A DNA stretch of 63,815 nt, the filler included, from Octopus bimaculoides (Eukaryota): assembly GCF_001194135.2 (NCBI RefSeq). It is 8 parts of 8 records of this genome, joined end to end, with 100 filler letters (N's around TTAATTAATTAA, not from the genome) between each part and the next. Parts side by side here need not be neighbours in the genome. Positions count along the whole stretch, not along the records: positions 60,442 to 62,651 come from NW_026307308.1; positions 62,752 to 63,815 come from NW_026400784.1; 6 more parts are not named here. The stretch is one strand, 5' to 3'. The translations under genes and the position numbers were made by a program. Of this stretch, positions 61,816 through 63,815 are shown in pieces. Below the pieces are notes generated by a model. That model saw nothing but the letters and a program-made list of their open reading frames with translations. It had not been told where the DNA came from and ran no database searches. Each line of letters starts with the position of its first letter. Within the stretch, counting starts at the first letter, position 1.

Positions 61816-62094
61816 CATATATACGACGGTTTTTTTTTTCAGTTTCCGTCTCCCAAATCCACTCAGAAGGCCTTGGTCCGCCCGAGGCTATAGTAGAAGA
61901 CACTTGTCCAAGGTGCCACGCAGTGGAAATGAACCCGGAACCATGTGGTTTGTAAGCAAGCTACTTTATTTCATTAGATTGGCCATTTAGGCCTTACAGA
62001 GAGGGGACGAACAAGGACAGACAAACGTAAAGTAGCTGCCGACTGGACACGGACATTAATGAGATGAGGATGATTACCACACAGCCACTCCTGC
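61570..62094 (-). mobile_element. SINE family A, full length, head interrupted by a 107-bp insertion
   Basis: AAGCAAGCTACTT[insert]TTACCACACAGCCACTCCTGC. Confidence 0.9.
61967..62073 (-). mobile_element. 5'-truncated retro-insertion (3' tail only) in a SINE head
   Basis: Minus strand ends GTTTGTCTGTCCTTGTTCGTCCCCTCTCTGTAAGGCCTAAATGGCCAATCTAATGAAATA; only TT is duplicated. Confidence 0.8.
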
Positions 62095-62391
62095 GCCTAT
62101 AATTGTTCACATTTACGAGTTATCTCCCTTGAAACATTAACAATCTTACCTACTATGAAGCAGATTCTATTAATCGTCGTTTGCTTGTTTCAAAACTTGG
62201 ACAACTGCCAAGCTGGAGCACCACATCGACGTGTTTACTCGCACTCATCGATGGCAGTACTTATCTCTCTTTGGACTGCTGCTCATTCCTTCGTCCCCAT
62301 TTTGTCGAATTGCTATGTTACGATGACCGAAGCATTGCCAAGATTGAATATGAAGCGGTGATTAGAGACAGACACAAGTCACAGATATGGA

Positions 62392-62422
<31 letters not shown>

Positions 62423-63228
62423 ATGCGTGTGTATGTGTGTATGTGTGTATGGGTGTGTGTGTGTGCGCGTGTTTGTGTAATGTGTCCTCCCGCTCTCCCA
62501 GTGGAGGGAGAGACGGAGGAAGTCGAGGAGGTGGAAACCTCCTCGAAAAAGGAATAAGAAGGAAGAAGGTGGGCAACAATGGTTGCCCACTGAAAGTTGC
62601 GGGGGAAGACCAGGAGCTTCCGCCAAAAGTGGGAGTGTGCACTACTTCAACNNNNNNNNNNNNNNNNNNNNNNNNNNNNNNNNNNNNNNNNNNNNTTAAT
62701 TAATTAANNNNNNNNNNNNNNNNNNNNNNNNNNNNNNNNNNNNNNNNNNNNGATTCCCTGCCCTGCATATCTATATATATATACCAGATAAGTCAATTAT
62801 AGCTGGATACAACTCAACTAGAACTCCCTACTCGAATGGTCCATGATACCACAAGACTTGTGTAGAAAAGAAGTTAACTAATTTTATCAGGTGGTGCTAT
62901 TACGTTAGCCATGGTCTGGAACAATCTTCTCTAAGTGACATATATATATATATGTATATATATATACATATATCTATAAAATGTATATATACACATATAT
63001 ATTCATACATATATATTTCTGTCTATATATATATATAAGAATATATATATGGATGTATGTATCGCTTGAATGTGAAGAAACCAACAGGGGATGTTGTATA
63101 TATCTCACTGTTATACCCTCATGTCTTCGAAGTGAAATATTTTATTTCTCAGTAAAATTTTGTTTAAAATTTATCGAGTATGTGCGATTTTTGTGACTTG
63201 CGTTCGATCACACAGCAATGAATATATA

Positions 63229-63263
<35 letters not shown>

Positions 63264-63390
63264 GTATATCTAAATATATACATACATGTATATATGTATA
63301 TATGTATATAAATATACATATGAATATATGCGTGCATTTGTGTACGTATACGCAGGATACATCGGTTAGCTCACACACACACACGCACAC

Positions 63391-63437
<47 letters not shown>

Positions 63438-63783
63438 TACGCACACATACATATACACACATATATATGTATATATACATGTAGGTATGAACAGTTGCGC
63501 GCATAGGCATACGTATTTATATATATACACAAATAAATTATATATAAACATATATAAACGCAAAAATATACATATTAGTTATACACATGCAATAATTTAT
63601 ACAAACAACATATATATAGGGATGTGTATATATGCATAATTCTATACGTTCACACGCACTGTGACGACAATAGAATAAACGATTATTTTATGAACTTCAT
63701 TAGCTTACAGCTGTTTCTGCTGTGAGTGCAGTGGACTCAGCTTAGTGCGTCAGTAATACCTTATAGCTTCGGATATATACATG

Positions 63784-63815
<32 letters not shown>

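Overview
AT-rich, microsatellite-dense, gap-riddled animal DNA. The SINE repertoire and repeat style look like an octopus (coleoid cephalopod) draft genome; this is inferred from recalled repeat families, not from a search. The window is at least 8 scaffold pieces joined by an artificial 100-nt spacer (44 N + TTAATTAATTAA + 44 N, 7 copies), so adjacency across those joins is not guaranteed. No host gene can be called with confidence; only a few weak candidate exons are visible. Almost all recognisable content is mobile DNA: three tRNA-derived SINE families, decayed mariner/Tc1 transposases, Tc1/mariner MITEs, Helitron-type minis, fragments of Penelope, CR1, RTE and RLE-type retroelements, a nearly intact Merlin (IS1595/ISXO2-like) DDE transposase, and a cognate 710-bp Merlin MITE with an 8-bp TSD and internal telomere-like repeats. 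The most interesting signal is a candidate retro-parasite system. Four insertions share a 3' tail ending ...TGG(C/G/A)CA(A/G)T..GAAATA, and all four sit inside the tRNA-like heads of SINEs; two of them share the identical 3' junction. One is a ~2-kb element with a 15-bp TSD that appears to encode only an ORF1-like protein. This suggests an L1/Tx1-like, SINE-head-targeting family with ORF1-only (HAL1-like) and SINE passengers.
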